A stretch of DNA of 64,000 nt from Planctomycetales bacterium (GCA_015488215.1 WFOE01000240.1:9-64008); one strand, 5' to 3'. Positions 18,772-28,933 are shown, numbered from the stretch's first letter. The notes: generated by a model from the letters alone, not told the origin. Made by a program: numbers and translations.

Positions 18772-21700
18772 CGGCGGAAGAGTTTCTTGTACCACGGCAC
18801 CTGAGCCTGCTGGACCGGCATGGGCGGTTCCAGTTGCGGCAACGGCTCGCGCTGGCCCGAGGGCGCCGCGTCCGGCCGACCGTACTGGGCCGGAGGCACC
18901 GTGGCCGTTTGTTCCGGAGCCGGCTTTTTCCCAAAAGGCCAGAGCCGTTTCATCCCGCTGCTGACGCCGTCGCTCATCCGCTTCCACAGCGGCGGCTTTT
19001 TCTCCTGGGGAGCTTGTCGGGCCAGCGGCTCTTGGGCACTCTGGCTGCGGCGACTCCAACGGGGCAGCGGTAAGCTGCTCCAGAACGATTTCTTCTTAGC
19101 GGCCGGCGGGTTGGCCTGTGGCAACTGCTGCGATTGGTGCGACAGCCGCGGTCGGGACAACGCCGGCTTCCCGCTGGCGAAGCTGGCCGGCCGGGCCCCG
19201 GACTGCGTGCCGGATTGGCTCGGGCGGTTTGCTACCGCATCGGTTCCTGCCGGGAATCGCGTTTCCTGCGGGGCGGGCGACCGGTTCGGCAAGGGAAGCT
19301 GTCCCGACAACTTACGCCCACTGCTGACACCAGGAGCTACACCACCTGCGGCCGGAATCCCGGTGGCATACCGGGGGGAACGCTCCGTGGGAGCAGCAGG
19401 TACCGGAGCCGGTGCCCGTTGAGGCTGATCAGTAGCGATGGCCAGCGGGTCGCCGTAGAACTGTTCCGGCTCTTTTGCCGGGGAACCCGGCTCTCCGGCA
19501 AGCGGCAAGCTCTGCGGCACGTTCTGCGACACCGCAGGCGCAGGCCGCTGCAATTCGGGGGCCGGGGAGGGTTTCCGGGAAGATTTTTCCACCACCTGCA
19601 CACCCAATTGCTTTTCCAGTTCCGCTTGCGAGGGGGCGTTTCGCTTCGGCACCGACGGTGCTTCCGGCGGCATCGTGGTGGCGACACTCTCCGGCACAAA
19701 GACCTGCCGGCCCGAGGGGGTGGTTTCGGGGCTTGGCTTCTCCGGCTGAGTTTCGTTCTGGCTCGGCACGGTCAGTGGTCCGTTGACAAAGGGGTTTTTC
19801 CGCACCAGCGGCTGCGGCTCTTGCCCTCCTGCGGGCGAACTGCCGCCGGGGCGGGCTGCCTCTTGCGGTGTGGTGGAGCGGGTGAGTTGTTCCAGCACTT
19901 CTTTGGCCTGCTGGGTGCTTTGTTGCACCTGTTGGCCCAACTGCCGCGTCTGCTGATTCAACTGGCTCAACTGCTCCTTGGCACCTTGGGTCTGCTGTTG
20001 CAACTGCTGGAACAGATTGGTCGCTTGCTGGGCTTTTTGGGCGGTTTGCTCCAGCGGTTTTTCGACCGCTTGGGCCGTCTGTCGGGCCAGGCGCCCGGCC
20101 TGGTCGGCTGCTTGCTGCCGCAGTTGCTCGGTTTGTTGGCTCAACTGTTCCTGGGCCTTTTGGGTAGCCTGGGCCAGGGACTGCTTGCCCTGTTGGACTT
20201 TTTGCTGCACCTCCTGCTTAACCTGGTCCTGGAGCCCGGCCAGCTTTTCTTCGGCCTGCTGTTTGGCCTCTTGCAGTTTGGCCTTCTGGGTGTCGAGCTG
20301 CTGCTTCAGTTCCCGCTTGGCCTGGGCCAGTTGCTGGCGGGCTTTTTCCTGCAAAGCTCCGGCCTGCTGGGAAAGGGCCTGGGCCAACGCCTCGTAGCCG
20401 GCCTGTTGGAAATGCTGCTGCAACTGGGCCAGCAGCCGGCGCGTATCCACGTGCAGTTGCGGCTTGTTCCACTGGCCTTCGAGCCGGCAGTGCAGCTCCA
20501 GCGAGTCGATTCCCACCACCGCCTGCTTCCATACCTGGGCGTCCACTCCCCAGAGCTTGCCCGAGGGACTCGTCTGCCAGGCCAGTTCGCGTGCCCGTAC
20601 CTTCAGCGGCAGTTGGATTGTCTTGGCTGTGAACCACCCTTGGCCTTGCACCAACACACGGCCCGGGGTGGCCCGCAGTGGCAGTTCTTCAGGCAGCCGG
20701 ATCAGTTGCTGGGGCCGCGGATGCCGCCACTGAACGGCCACGGCGTGCGACAGATCGCGGCGGTGGAAGTTGAAATCGGCCAGCAGTTCCAGCCCGCACT
20801 CGGGAGCCAGCAGTTCCAATCGGGTCGGTTTGCCCAGCGCCTGCGGCCGGCTGGTGATGTTGACGATTTGCATGGCCGCCTCGGAACCCAAGCCCCACTT
20901 CTGCGGCAACCGGCGCACTAGCACCTGGCCGATCCACACCCGCGGGCAGGGGCGACCGAACCGGCAACGCGCCTGCCGCATGGCGACCCAGCTTTTCGGC
21001 ACTTGCTGCTGTTCGGCTTGGGTTTCCGGCTCGCTGCCGCCAATCCGTTCCAGCAGCTTTACCCAACGCTGGAGTTGGGCGAGCCGTTCCTTCCATTGTT
21101 CGCCTTGCTGCAGATAGCGCCGCCAGGCATCGGCATCTAGGGAATCGCCCGTGGCGTCTCCCTCCTTAGCCGACTCGCCCGAATCGGCGTCCTCTTGCGA
21201 CAGCAGCGAGGGAGCCAGTTCCGGGAAGTCCAGCCCCGGGGTGGTCATTTCCCAGGCCCGAGCCGGCACGGCCCGAGGCACGTCCACCTCCACGCCGTTG
21301 AGCAGAATGCGATCAGCCACCACGCGTCCGCGCAGCAGCGGGCCGGGACGCACCACGGCCACCACTTGCTCGATCTGCAGGCGGTTCTGTTGCAAGTTGT
21401 TCGGATTGGCCACTTGCAGCCGGTGGATTTGCAGCCAGCCGCGAGCGAGCGAAAGCTCTACCCGGTCCGCTTCTACTTCGGCCCCGTTGGCCATCCACAG
21501 CGCGTTGTTCACGCCGTACCAGACCACGTTGGGCAGCACCAGATAGCCCAACGCGGCTCCCGGCACCACGACGGCCACCAACACGGCCACCCCGGCCCAC
21601 GAAATCCACCGCGGCCGGGAAGCGGGGGCCGGTTGCACCCGGGGGCCGCCGAACACCACGCGGCACAGCAACCGCCAGGCCAGACGGCTCGTTTTACCCT

Positions 21701-22169
21701 GCTTTTGTTCCACGTGGTCTTGCACCCGGGCGGCGGCCGCTTGCAGGGTGCGGGTCAGAGCCGCGGCCAGATAACCTGCTCCCAAGCCGACCAGCGCCCC
21801 CCAGAACACTCCGCCCACCAGGGTGTAGCGGTCCAGGTCCCAGAGCGCCAGCCAGAGCGAATCGGCATGGGGAGCCAGCCATCGGCCCAGCGTCCCTCCG
21901 TCGAGCAAGTACCGGCCCGTGCGATAGCACCAGGGAGTCATCAGCCACGAGAGGGCGTAAAACGCCCCCCAGCTCTGGAAGAACACCTTCCAGTGGTGCC
22001 GCAGCAGCAGGGCCAGCAGCAGCACGGCCACCAGCGTGAGATTCCAGCCGGTGGTGAATCCGGCCAGGGAACCCAAAAACACGGCCACGCCCACGTGTCG
22101 CGGATGTACGCCCTTTTTGACCGAACCGACCAGCGAGCCCAGCAGTGCTTTCATCGTTTCCGCCTGCAT
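18768..22169 (-). CDS. Giant envelope protein with a polytopic membrane N-terminus, an AsmA/DUF748-like region, a Q-rich coiled coil and a Pro-rich tail
   Basis: About 1130 aa from ATG 22169 (alternative ATG 22154). The N-terminal roughly 150 aa are hydrophobic (KKGVHPRHVGVAVFLGSLAGFTTGWNLTLVAVLLLALLL). The region VELSLARGWLQIHRLQVANPNN..RILLNGVEVD resembles AsmA-like repeats. A heptad/11-mer Q/K/A/E region of about 200 aa follows, then a P/S/A/Q-rich region of about 350 aa. Confidence 0.75.
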   Translation of the reverse strand: MQAETMKALLGSLVGSVKKGVHPRHVGVAVFLGSLAGFTTGWNLTLVAVLLLALLLRHHWKVFFQSWGAFYALSWLMTPWCYRTGRYLLDGGTLGRWLAPHADSLWLALWDLDRYTLVGGVFWGALVGLGAGYLAAALTRTLQAAAARVQDHVEQKQGKTSRLAWRLLCRVVFGGPRVQPAPASRPRWISWAGVAVLVAVVVPGAALGYLVLPNVVWYGVNNALWMANGAEVEADRVELSLARGWLQIHRLQVANPNNLQQNRLQIEQVVAVVRPGPLLRGRVVADRILLNGVEVDVPRAVPARAWEMTTPGLDFPELAPSLLSQEDADSGESAKEGDATGDSLDADAWRRYLQQGEQWKERLAQLQRWVKLLERIGGSEPETQAEQQQVPKSWVAMRQARCRFGRPCPRVWIGQVLVRRLPQKWGLGSEAAMQIVNITSRPQALGKPTRLELLAPECGLELLADFNFHRRDLSHAVAVQWRHPRPQQLIRLPEELPLRATPGRVLVQGQGWFTAKTIQLPLKVRARELAWQTSPSGKLWGVDAQVWKQAVVGIDSLELHCRLEGQWNKPQLHVDTRRLLAQLQQHFQQAGYEALAQALSQQAGALQEKARQQLAQAKRELKQQLDTQKAKLQEAKQQAEEKLAGLQDQVKQEVQQKVQQGKQSLAQATQKAQEQLSQQTEQLRQQAADQAGRLARQTAQAVEKPLEQTAQKAQQATNLFQQLQQQTQGAKEQLSQLNQQTRQLGQQVQQSTQQAKEVLEQLTRSTTPQEAARPGGSSPAGGQEPQPLVRKNPFVNGPLTVPSQNETQPEKPSPETTPSGRQVFVPESVATTMPPEAPSVPKRNAPSQAELEKQLGVQVVEKSSRKPSPAPELQRPAPAVSQNVPQSLPLAGEPGSPAKEPEQFYGDPLAIATDQPQRAPAPVPAAPTERSPRYATGIPAAGGVAPGVSSGRKLSGQLPLPNRSPAPQETRFPAGTDAVANRPSQSGTQSGARPASFASGKPALSRPRLSHQSQQLPQANPPAAKKKSFWSSLPLPRWSRRSQSAQEPLARQAPQEKKPPLWKRMSDGVSSGMKRLWPFGKKPAPEQTATVPPAQYGRPDAAPSGQREPLPQLEPPMPVQQAQVPWYKKLFRR

Positions 22170-22488
22170 TTCACAGAGAAATGAACTCGCCGCCGGGCAG
22201 GATGCGGACCCGTTCCGGCGGAATCTCCCCCGGGCTATTGGGGGGCATCTGTACGGCAGTTTTCGGTTTTTCCAGGCGGCGGTCTTGAATCGAATGGGAA
22301 AACTTTGCGGGTTGAAACGCTTGCAACGGGCCTCGTCGGCGGCGGGGAAACTCCCCTCCCGGCGGGGCGAACCGGCGGCTATACTTTGCCCCAATCCTTC
22401 GCTAAAGTCCCAGTCTGCGTAAAATGACAAGGGAGGCCCCGCCTCCCCAAACGTCCTTGCCCCCTTTGCTTTGTGGTCGGAGCCTGCG

Positions 22489-23635
22489 ATGACCCGTCAC
22501 CTGCTGGAAAAGACCGAACAGCTTCGCGCCCGCGTGCTTCAGCTCCAGGACTCTCTTTGACCTGGCTGGAAAGCAGGCTCAATTGGAAAAACTCCAGCAG
22601 CGCATGGCCCAGCCCGACTTCTGGGACAACCCGGAACGGGCCCAAGCCGACGTTGCGCAACTGAAGTCCTTGCAACGGGTGGTCAAACCGTTGCAGGAAG
22701 TGGCCCAACGGCTCGACTCCGTCCAGGAGCTGCTCGAACTGGCCCAGGAGGACCCCTCGCTGGAAGGCGAGCTGGAGCAAGAGCTGGCCTCGCTGCAACG
22801 GCAGGTGGTCGAACTGGAAACCCAGGCCCTACTCAGCGGCCCCAACGACGACAAAGGGGCCATTCTCACCATCCACGCCCGCGACGGCGGCACCGACGCC
22901 AACGATTGGGCCGAAATGCTGCTGCGGATGTACATCCAGTGGGCCAAGGATCGCGGCTACCAGGTCGAACTGCTGGACCGCCAGGACAACGAAGAAGCCG
23001 GCATCAACAGCGCCACGGTGGCCATTCGCGGCCCGATGGCTTACGGCTACCTGAAGGGAGAAACCGGCATCCATCGCCTGGTGCGGATTAGCCCCTTCAA
23101 CGCCGACGGCAAGCGGCAGACGTCGTTTGCCGCCGTGGATGTTTCGCCCGAGATTACCGACAGCAAGGAAATCGAAATCAACGAAAACGATCTCAAGGTG
23201 GAAACCTACTGCGCCAGCGGTCCCGGCGGCCAGCACGTGAACAAAACCGCAAGTGCCGTGCGGATTACCCACTTGCCCACCGGCATCGTCGTCCAGTGCC
23301 AGAACGAGCGGAGCCAGCACAAGAATCGGGCCATCGCGCTGAAGATGCTCCAGGCCCGGCTGGCCCGGCTCGAAGAAGAAAAACGCGAAGCCGAGCAGGC
23401 GGCCAAGTACCAGCAACAGGCCCGAGTGGGCTTCGGTTCGCAGATTCGCAGCTACTTCCAGCACCCCGACCAGCGTATCAAGGATGCCCGCACCGGTCAC
23501 ACGCACTACAGCTTCGACGACGTGATGAACGGCAAAATCCAGCCGTTCCTGGAAGCGTATCTCCGCTGGCGGATGCAGCAGGAAAAAGACCGCACCGACG
23601 CGGCTTCCCCCTCCCCGGCGGCCAAGGAGGGATAA
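22489..23635 (+). CDS. prfB: Peptide chain release factor 2 (requires programmed +1 frameshift)
   Basis: Frame 0 runs ATG 22489 ... CAG GAC TCT CTT TGA (stop at 22558-22560) and encodes MTRHLLEKTEQLRARVLQLQDSL. The +1 frame from 22559 continues DLAGKQAQLEKLQQRMAQPDFWDNPERAQ. The SPF (RISPFNA) and GGQ (SGPGGQHVNKT) motifs are present. Confidence 0.93.
22543..22561 (+). promoter_or_regulatory. RF2 autoregulatory +1 frameshift site (CTT TGA C)
   Basis: The slippery CTT followed by in-frame TGA-C at 22555-22561 is the same heptanucleotide as the classical prfB site. An AGGA Shine-Dalgarno-like element lies a few nt upstream (22547-22550). Confidence 0.85.
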
Positions 23636-24208
23636 GTGGACCAGGTCGTCGCCCGATGGGGGGAGCTGGAGGTCCGATTCCAATGGGCCGAGGATCGCCA
23701 CCGGCACACGGTGCTGTGGCACGGCCCGGGCCGGGAGACGCCGGTCCCGCTGCTCCGTTCGGTCGAAGGCAATCCCAGGCAGCCCTGGCCTCCCAGTCCG
23801 GTGGTTCAGCACCTGGTCGATCATTCCGAAAAGCTGGGGCGCCCCCTGCTGCTGGGGTTGGGGATGACCGGACCGGCCCATTTCTCCCTGGCCCTTTCGG
23901 CCCGGGAACAAGGCGGACTTTGTTGGGAACCGGCCGCCCGCTGCAACAGCCGCCCACAGAAACTCGGCTCCAGCTACGAAGTGCTCGTTCCCTGGGAACT
24001 GGAATCCCCCCGGCAGGTGCGTCTGCAGCTTCCCGCGCACCAGGAGCAGCCGCCTGTTGTGTTGCTTCTAGTGGCCCAGGACGCTCCCGCTGCGGCCACT
24101 GCCATCCAGCGCACCCGGGAAGGGGGCATCCGCTTGGGCCCGGAGAACCTGGGAACCGAGTTTCCCAACACGATTACCTGGGCGTACTGCTTACTGGTGC
24201 GGCCGTAG
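23636..24208 (+). CDS. Hypothetical protein
   Basis: 190-aa ORF with a GTG start immediately after the prfB stop (TAA GTG). The composition is balanced and I recognise no motif. Confidence 0.5.
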   Translation: MDQVVARWGELEVRFQWAEDRHRHTVLWHGPGRETPVPLLRSVEGNPRQPWPPSPVVQHLVDHSEKLGRPLLLGLGMTGPAHFSLALSAREQGGLCWEPAARCNSRPQKLGSSYEVLVPWELESPRQVRLQLPAHQEQPPVVLLLVAQDAPAAATAIQRTREGGIRLGPENLGTEFPNTITWAYCLLVRP

Positions 24209-24257
24209 GGGCCACGGGCTGCCGCTGCGAACAGTTCAAAAGTGGAAAGTGGAAAAG

Positions 24258-24306
24258 TAGAAAAAAGAAAAAAGAGACCGCCTGGGCGGGGGAGCGTCCC
24301 AGGCGG
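24258..24306 (-). terminator. Rho-independent terminator downstream of csrA
   Basis: Perfect 9-bp stem CCGCCTGGG (24278-24286) / CCCAGGCGG (24298-24306) with an 11-nt loop. On the minus strand it is followed by TCTCTTTTTTCTTTTTTCT. Confidence 0.8.
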
Positions 24307-24364
24307 CCGAGCACAGGCCAAGGCACTTCGCCTTGAACAGGGAGCAGCAAGGTCCGGGAGGGAG

Positions 24365-24748
24365 TCACGCCTGCGGCGTGGCGGAAGAGCCACACACGGC
24401 CAAGGGAGGGGAGAATCGGTGGCTGTGGTTTGCCCGGCCACAGCGCGGTTCCCGAGGATCAAAAGTCGGCTCGGACTGAGCCGGTCGCCCACGGTGGCGG
24501 CGCTGTTGCACCAGGGAGTGCAACGCACCGCGGGCCGGCGGTTCGACCACAGGGTTCTCCTCTTCCGGTTCGTTTTCTTCGCTGCGGGAGGGAGGGTCGT
24601 GCGGACGCAGTTCTGCCCGCAGGATGGGCACGTCGGCCGGAGCTTCGATTCCAATCCGCACCGAACGCCCCTGCACGCGGACGATAGTGATACAGATGTC
24701 CGAACCGATGCGGATTTTTTCGTTCACCTTACGCGTAAGCACCAACAT
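24365..24748 (-). CDS. csrA: Carbon storage regulator CsrA with a long C-terminal extension
   Basis: [48 protein letters not shown] is the canonical CsrA core. GGAGAA lies upstream of ATG 24748. The ORF continues about 75 aa beyond the core with an acidic/Pro-rich tail. Confidence 0.88.
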   Translation of the reverse strand: MLVLTRKVNEKIRIGSDICITIVRVQGRSVRIGIEAPADVPILRAELRPHDPPSRSEENEPEEENPVVEPPARGALHSLVQQRRHRGRPAQSEPTFDPREPRCGRANHSHRFSPPLAVCGSSATPQA

Positions 24749-25037
24749 GGGTTGTTCTCCTTCCGTTGTGAGAGCCGTCTGTTCCTGACCAATGAGGAGA
24801 GCAACCGGTATGCCAAAACTCGCTGGAGGAGCGGCCTGTTGTTGGAAACTCACGTCCTGGGCAGCACTTACGTGTTCTAAAAAAACTTTCCGCAGTGGTG
24901 CCTGGCAGTCCTTTGGGAAAAAACTTCCCGTCGGGCGCCTTTGAGTTGGAGAGTTTTTGCCCTGGGGCGGAGCCTGTGCTAGCATGGGCGCAACGTGTTT
25001 GCGCACCGGGCAGCACGGGCAGCAAAGGCGACTTTCC

Positions 25038-25958
25038 ATGCGTTTGAACCACCTGGAAGTGTTCCTGGAGGCGGTACGACGCGAAAGCTTTTCCCAGGCG
25101 GCCCAGGCGATGGGGATTTCGCAGGCTACGGTCAGCAAGTACGTGGCTGCGCTGGAGCGGTGGCTCGGTGCCCCGCTGTTTCTGCGCCAGGGCCGTCGGG
25201 TCGTCCCGACGGAAGCGGCGCGGCGCCTGGTCCCTCTGGCCCGGCAAATGCTTCAACTGGCCCAACAGGCCCGGCAGGTGGTCGCCTCGCCGGGCGAGCA
25301 GCTCCGGGGCGTGTTGCATCTGGCCGCCAGCAGCGTCCCGGCCGAATCGCTGTTGCCGGAATGTCTGGCGGCGTTCAGCAAACAGTATCCCCAGGTGGAA
25401 GTCTCGCTGGCCGTTTCGGACAGCCGCCAGGCCACCGCCCAGGTGCTCGCAGGCGAAGCCGAGCTGGGCGTGGTGGGCGAAGTGGAACAGGAGGAGCGGC
25501 TGCAATACGAGGAGCTCGCCCAGGACGAGCTGGTGCTGATCGTCGCCCCGGAACATCCGCTGGCCCGCAGCCGCACCGCTTCGCTGGAAGAAGTGCTGCG
25601 GTGGCCGCTGATCGTGCGGGAAAGCGGTTCGGGCAGCCGCCGCTGCGTAGAAGCGGCACTGCGGCAGGCCGGCGTCGCCCTGCGGCGGCTCAAAGTGGCC
25701 CTGGAAGTCAACTCCAACGAGGCCATCCGCCGTGCCGTGGCCCAAGGGGCCGGCGTGGCATTTCAGTCCCAGGCTGTCATCCGGCAGGAAGTCCGCGACG
25801 GACTGCTGGTGCCGGTGCGCATCCGCCACTTCCGGCCCCGGCGATTGCTCTATGCCATTTGGCGTCGCGGGCAGGAGCTTTCGGCCCCGGCGCGCGAGTT
25901 CCTGCGATTCATCAAGCGTTCCGGCTGCTTGCCCGGCGGCGAATCGCCAGAAAGGTAA
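25038..25958 (+). CDS. LysR-family transcriptional regulator
   Basis: The HTH is [48 protein letters not shown], followed by a LysR substrate-binding domain. Divergent from csrA. Confidence 0.9.
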   Translation: MRLNHLEVFLEAVRRESFSQAAQAMGISQATVSKYVAALERWLGAPLFLRQGRRVVPTEAARRLVPLARQMLQLAQQARQVVASPGEQLRGVLHLAASSVPAESLLPECLAAFSKQYPQVEVSLAVSDSRQATAQVLAGEAELGVVGEVEQEERLQYEELAQDELVLIVAPEHPLARSRTASLEEVLRWPLIVRESGSGSRRCVEAALRQAGVALRRLKVALEVNSNEAIRRAVAQGAGVAFQSQAVIRQEVRDGLLVPVRIRHFRPRRLLYAIWRRGQELSAPAREFLRFIKRSGCLPGGESPER

Positions 25959-25974
25959 GAAACCCCTCCTCTCG

Positions 25975-26075
25975 CCGGTTGCAAGTGTTCTTGCATTGGA
26001 GCGGAAGCTCCCGCTCAAGACGCACGACGCAAGACCTTGTTCGTTCGGAGCTCGCCGAAACGCCGAGTCGAGGCT
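25975..26075 (-). repeat. Short inverted-orientation copy of the hairpin-module repeat family (locus F)
   Basis: Contains GCAAG-TGTT-CTTGC (25981-25994) and GGAGC-GGAA-GCTCC (25998-26011), which is the reverse complement of GGAGCTTCCGCTCC. The following CAAGACGCACGACGCAAG is the reverse complement of the CTTGCG.CGTGCG.CTTG module. Confidence 0.65.
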
Positions 26076-26253
26076 TCTGCCGGTGTGCTCAAAGACGATT
26101 GGCTGGGTACGAACTGTTTGCTCTTGCCTGGGACGTTTGCCTATACTGGCAATCGCTTCACTGGTCGCCGGCGCCACCTGGGGGTTCGTGCCTCGGGTGG
26201 GGCTGGGAGCCGAGGGTATCTCTTTTTCATCGTGCTTGTAAGGAGAAGGATTC

Positions 26254-27585
26254 ATGAATCGGCCCAAAACCACACGCCGTCGTTTTCTGCAATCGGCCGC
26301 TTTGGCCGGGGTGGGCTACTGGAGCCTGGGAGCTTCCTCCGCTTGGGGAGCCAGTCGCTGGGTGAACGAAAAGCTGGCCATCGGCGTGATTGGGGCCGGC
26401 GGCAAGGGCTATTCGGATATGATGGGCGTGGCCCGAACCGAAACAATCGTGGCCATCTGCGACGTGGATCGCCGCCGGGCCGACCGGGCCGTGAAAGCCC
26501 GTCCCAAGGCCAAGTACTACTACGACTTCCGCAAGATGCTGGAAAAGGAAAAACTGGACGCGGTCACCATCTCCACCCCCGACCACATGCACGCCCCGGC
26601 GGCTACGATGGCCATGGAACTGGGCCTGCACGTCTATGTACAAAAGCCGCTAACGCATAACGTGTACGAAGCCCGGCAACTGCTCCTGCTGGCCCGAAAG
26701 AAGAATGTGGCCACCATCATGGGCAACCAGGGCACTTCGATGGACGGGTTCCGCCGCGGGGTGGAAGTGATCCGCTCCGGCGTGTTGGGCAAGGTGAAGT
26801 CGGTCCACGTGTGGACCAACCGCCCCGGACGATTCTGGAAACAGGGGCTCCGCCGGCCCGACCGTTCCGACCCCGTGCCGGAATACCTCAAATGGAACCT
26901 CTGGCTGGGCGTGGCTCCCGAACGGCCCTACGTCAAAGGGCTTTATCACCCGTTCAACTGGCGCGGCTGGTGGGACTTCGGCACCGGGGCCCTGGGCGAC
27001 ATGGCCTGCCATACGATGAACCTGGTTTACATGGGGCTGCAATTGGGCGCCCCGGACTGGGTCGAAGCCCAAAGCGACGGCGGAACCGAAGAAAGCCCGC
27101 CGCTGTGGTCCACCATCACCTACCACTTCCCCGACGATGGCAAACGCGGCGAAGTGAAGCTGGTGTGGTACGACGGCGAAAAGGACGGCAAGCCGAACAT
27201 GCCCTCGCAGTCGGTGGCCCCGGGTGTGCCCATCCCCCGAACTGGTTCGATGATTGTGGGCACCGAAGGTGTGCTGGTTTCGGCCAACGACTATGGAGCT
27301 TCGTTCAAGCTCTATCCGGAAGCGAAGTTTGCCGGCTACAAAGCTCCTGAGCCGACGCTGCCACGGGCGCCGGGCCACTACGAAGAATGGCTCATCGCCT
27401 GCAAGGGTGGTCCGCAGGCCCTGGGCAGCTTCGAGTACGCCTGCCCGCTGACCGAAACCGTGCTGTTGGGTAACGTGGCCGTTCGTTCCGGCAAGCGTAT
27501 CCACTGGGACAGCAAGAACCTGCGCGTAACCAACGTGCCGGAAGCCAACCAGTTTGTCCGCCGCACCTACCGTAAGAATTGGTAG
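26254..27585 (+). CDS. Tat-exported Gfo/Idh/MocA-family oxidoreductase
   Basis: Has a twin-arginine signal MNRPKTTRRRFLQSAALAGVGYWSLGASSAWG, a Rossmann KLAIGVIGAGGKG and VYVQKPL. Confidence 0.88.
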   Translation: MNRPKTTRRRFLQSAALAGVGYWSLGASSAWGASRWVNEKLAIGVIGAGGKGYSDMMGVARTETIVAICDVDRRRADRAVKARPKAKYYYDFRKMLEKEKLDAVTISTPDHMHAPAATMAMELGLHVYVQKPLTHNVYEARQLLLLARKKNVATIMGNQGTSMDGFRRGVEVIRSGVLGKVKSVHVWTNRPGRFWKQGLRRPDRSDPVPEYLKWNLWLGVAPERPYVKGLYHPFNWRGWWDFGTGALGDMACHTMNLVYMGLQLGAPDWVEAQSDGGTEESPPLWSTITYHFPDDGKRGEVKLVWYDGEKDGKPNMPSQSVAPGVPIPRTGSMIVGTEGVLVSANDYGASFKLYPEAKFAGYKAPEPTLPRAPGHYEEWLIACKGGPQALGSFEYACPLTETVLLGNVAVRSGKRIHWDSKNLRVTNVPEANQFVRRTYRKNW

Positions 27586-27621
27586 CCGGGCAGCCGGTCG
27601 GGAGTTTCCACCGAAGCCAGA

Positions 27622-27654
27622 CCGGGCCTCCTTTTACCGGAGGCCCGGTTTTTG
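27622..27654 (+). terminator. Rho-independent terminator
   Basis: Perfect 10-bp stem CCGGGCCTCC (27622-27631) / GGAGGCCCGG (27639-27648) with a 7-nt loop, followed by TTTTTGT. It lies 37 nt after the stop at 27585. Confidence 0.9.
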
Positions 27655-27853
27655 TATGGATTTTGGCAAAGTGCTATACTCCCCCCTGGCTGCAGTTCTT
27701 ATATTTGGGAACAGAATTGCGGCAAACTGGGAATTCTGGACTATCAAAGTTCGGAATCCTGCAGTTCCAAGAGCCACAGCCCCGGTGTAACCGTCGCTGC
27801 GGTGCTTGCATGGTTGGAGGAAAGGGACGTTCCATCAACACAAGGGTTTTTCC

Positions 27854-28810
27854 ATGGCAGTCGTGACTCCAGGTATTCGGGACGATATTACCCAGTGCAT
27901 CGGCAACACGCCGATGGTCCGTCTTCGCCGGGTGAGCCAAGGCTGTGCGGCCACGGTGGTGGTCAAGCTGGAAAGCTTCAACCCCCTCTGGAGCGTCAAG
28001 GACCGGATTGCCTGGTCGATGATCGAAGCGGCAGAGCGGGAAGGCTTGATTAAAGAAGACACGGTGGTCATCGAACCCACCAGTGGGAACACGGGCATCG
28101 GGCTGGCGTTCGTCTGTGCGGCCAAGGGATACCGCCTGGCCGTCACCATGCCCGAGAGCATGAGCCTGGAGCGCCGCCGGATGCTCAAGGCCCTGGGAGC
28201 CGAGCTAATCCTCACTCCGGCCGCCGAAGGCATGGCCGGAGCGGTGCGCAAGGCCGAGGAGCTGGTCAGCCAGAATTCCAACTACTACATGCCCCAGCAG
28301 TTCAAAAACCCGGCTAACCCGGAAGTCCACCGCCGCACCACGGCCGAAGAGATCTGGCGCGACACGGAAGGCCAGGTCGATATCGTCGTCAGCGGCGTGG
28401 GCACAGGCGGCACCATTACCGGCGTGGGCGAGGTGCTCAAACAACGAAAGCCCGAAGTGAAAATGGTAGCCGTCGAACCGGCCAACAGCCCGGTGATTAC
28501 CCAAAAGCTCAGCGGGCAGGAGATTAAGCCGGGCCGCCACACGATCCAGGGGATTGGAGCCGGGTTTATTCCCGATGTGCTCAATCTGGACGTGATTGAC
28601 GAAGTGGTGCAGGTCAAGGACGAGGACGCCATGGAAACCTCGCGCCGCCTGGCCCGCGAAGAAGGGATTATGTGCGGCATCTCCAGCGGAGCGGCCGCCT
28701 GGTCCGCGCTGCAGGTGGCCAGCCGTCCCGAAAACGCCGGCAAGCTGGTCGTGGCCATTCTGCCCGACCTGGGCGAACGCTACCTGTCCACGCCGCTTTA
28801 TCCGGAATAG
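27854..28810 (+). CDS. cysK: Cysteine synthase A (O-acetylserine sulfhydrylase)
   Basis: Motifs are IGNTPMVRL, the PLP lysine motif NPLWSVKDR, and [10 protein letters not shown]. The start is placed at ATG 27854. Confidence 0.93.
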   Translation: MAVVTPGIRDDITQCIGNTPMVRLRRVSQGCAATVVVKLESFNPLWSVKDRIAWSMIEAAEREGLIKEDTVVIEPTSGNTGIGLAFVCAAKGYRLAVTMPESMSLERRRMLKALGAELILTPAAEGMAGAVRKAEELVSQNSNYYMPQQFKNPANPEVHRRTTAEEIWRDTEGQVDIVVSGVGTGGTITGVGEVLKQRKPEVKMVAVEPANSPVITQKLSGQEIKPGRHTIQGIGAGFIPDVLNLDVIDEVVQVKDEDAMETSRRLAREEGIMCGISSGAAAWSALQVASRPENAGKLVVAILPDLGERYLSTPLYPE

Positions 28811-28933
28811 CCCGGCCGGAGTGTGGCTTTTCCGTGACAAACTGCCGGCACCGGGCGGCGCGGCACCCGTCCGGCACGGCCCTACGCGTGCGTTCCCGGC
28901 ACTGCTTCTGTTTCCAGTGCGCCGGAGCTTGCC

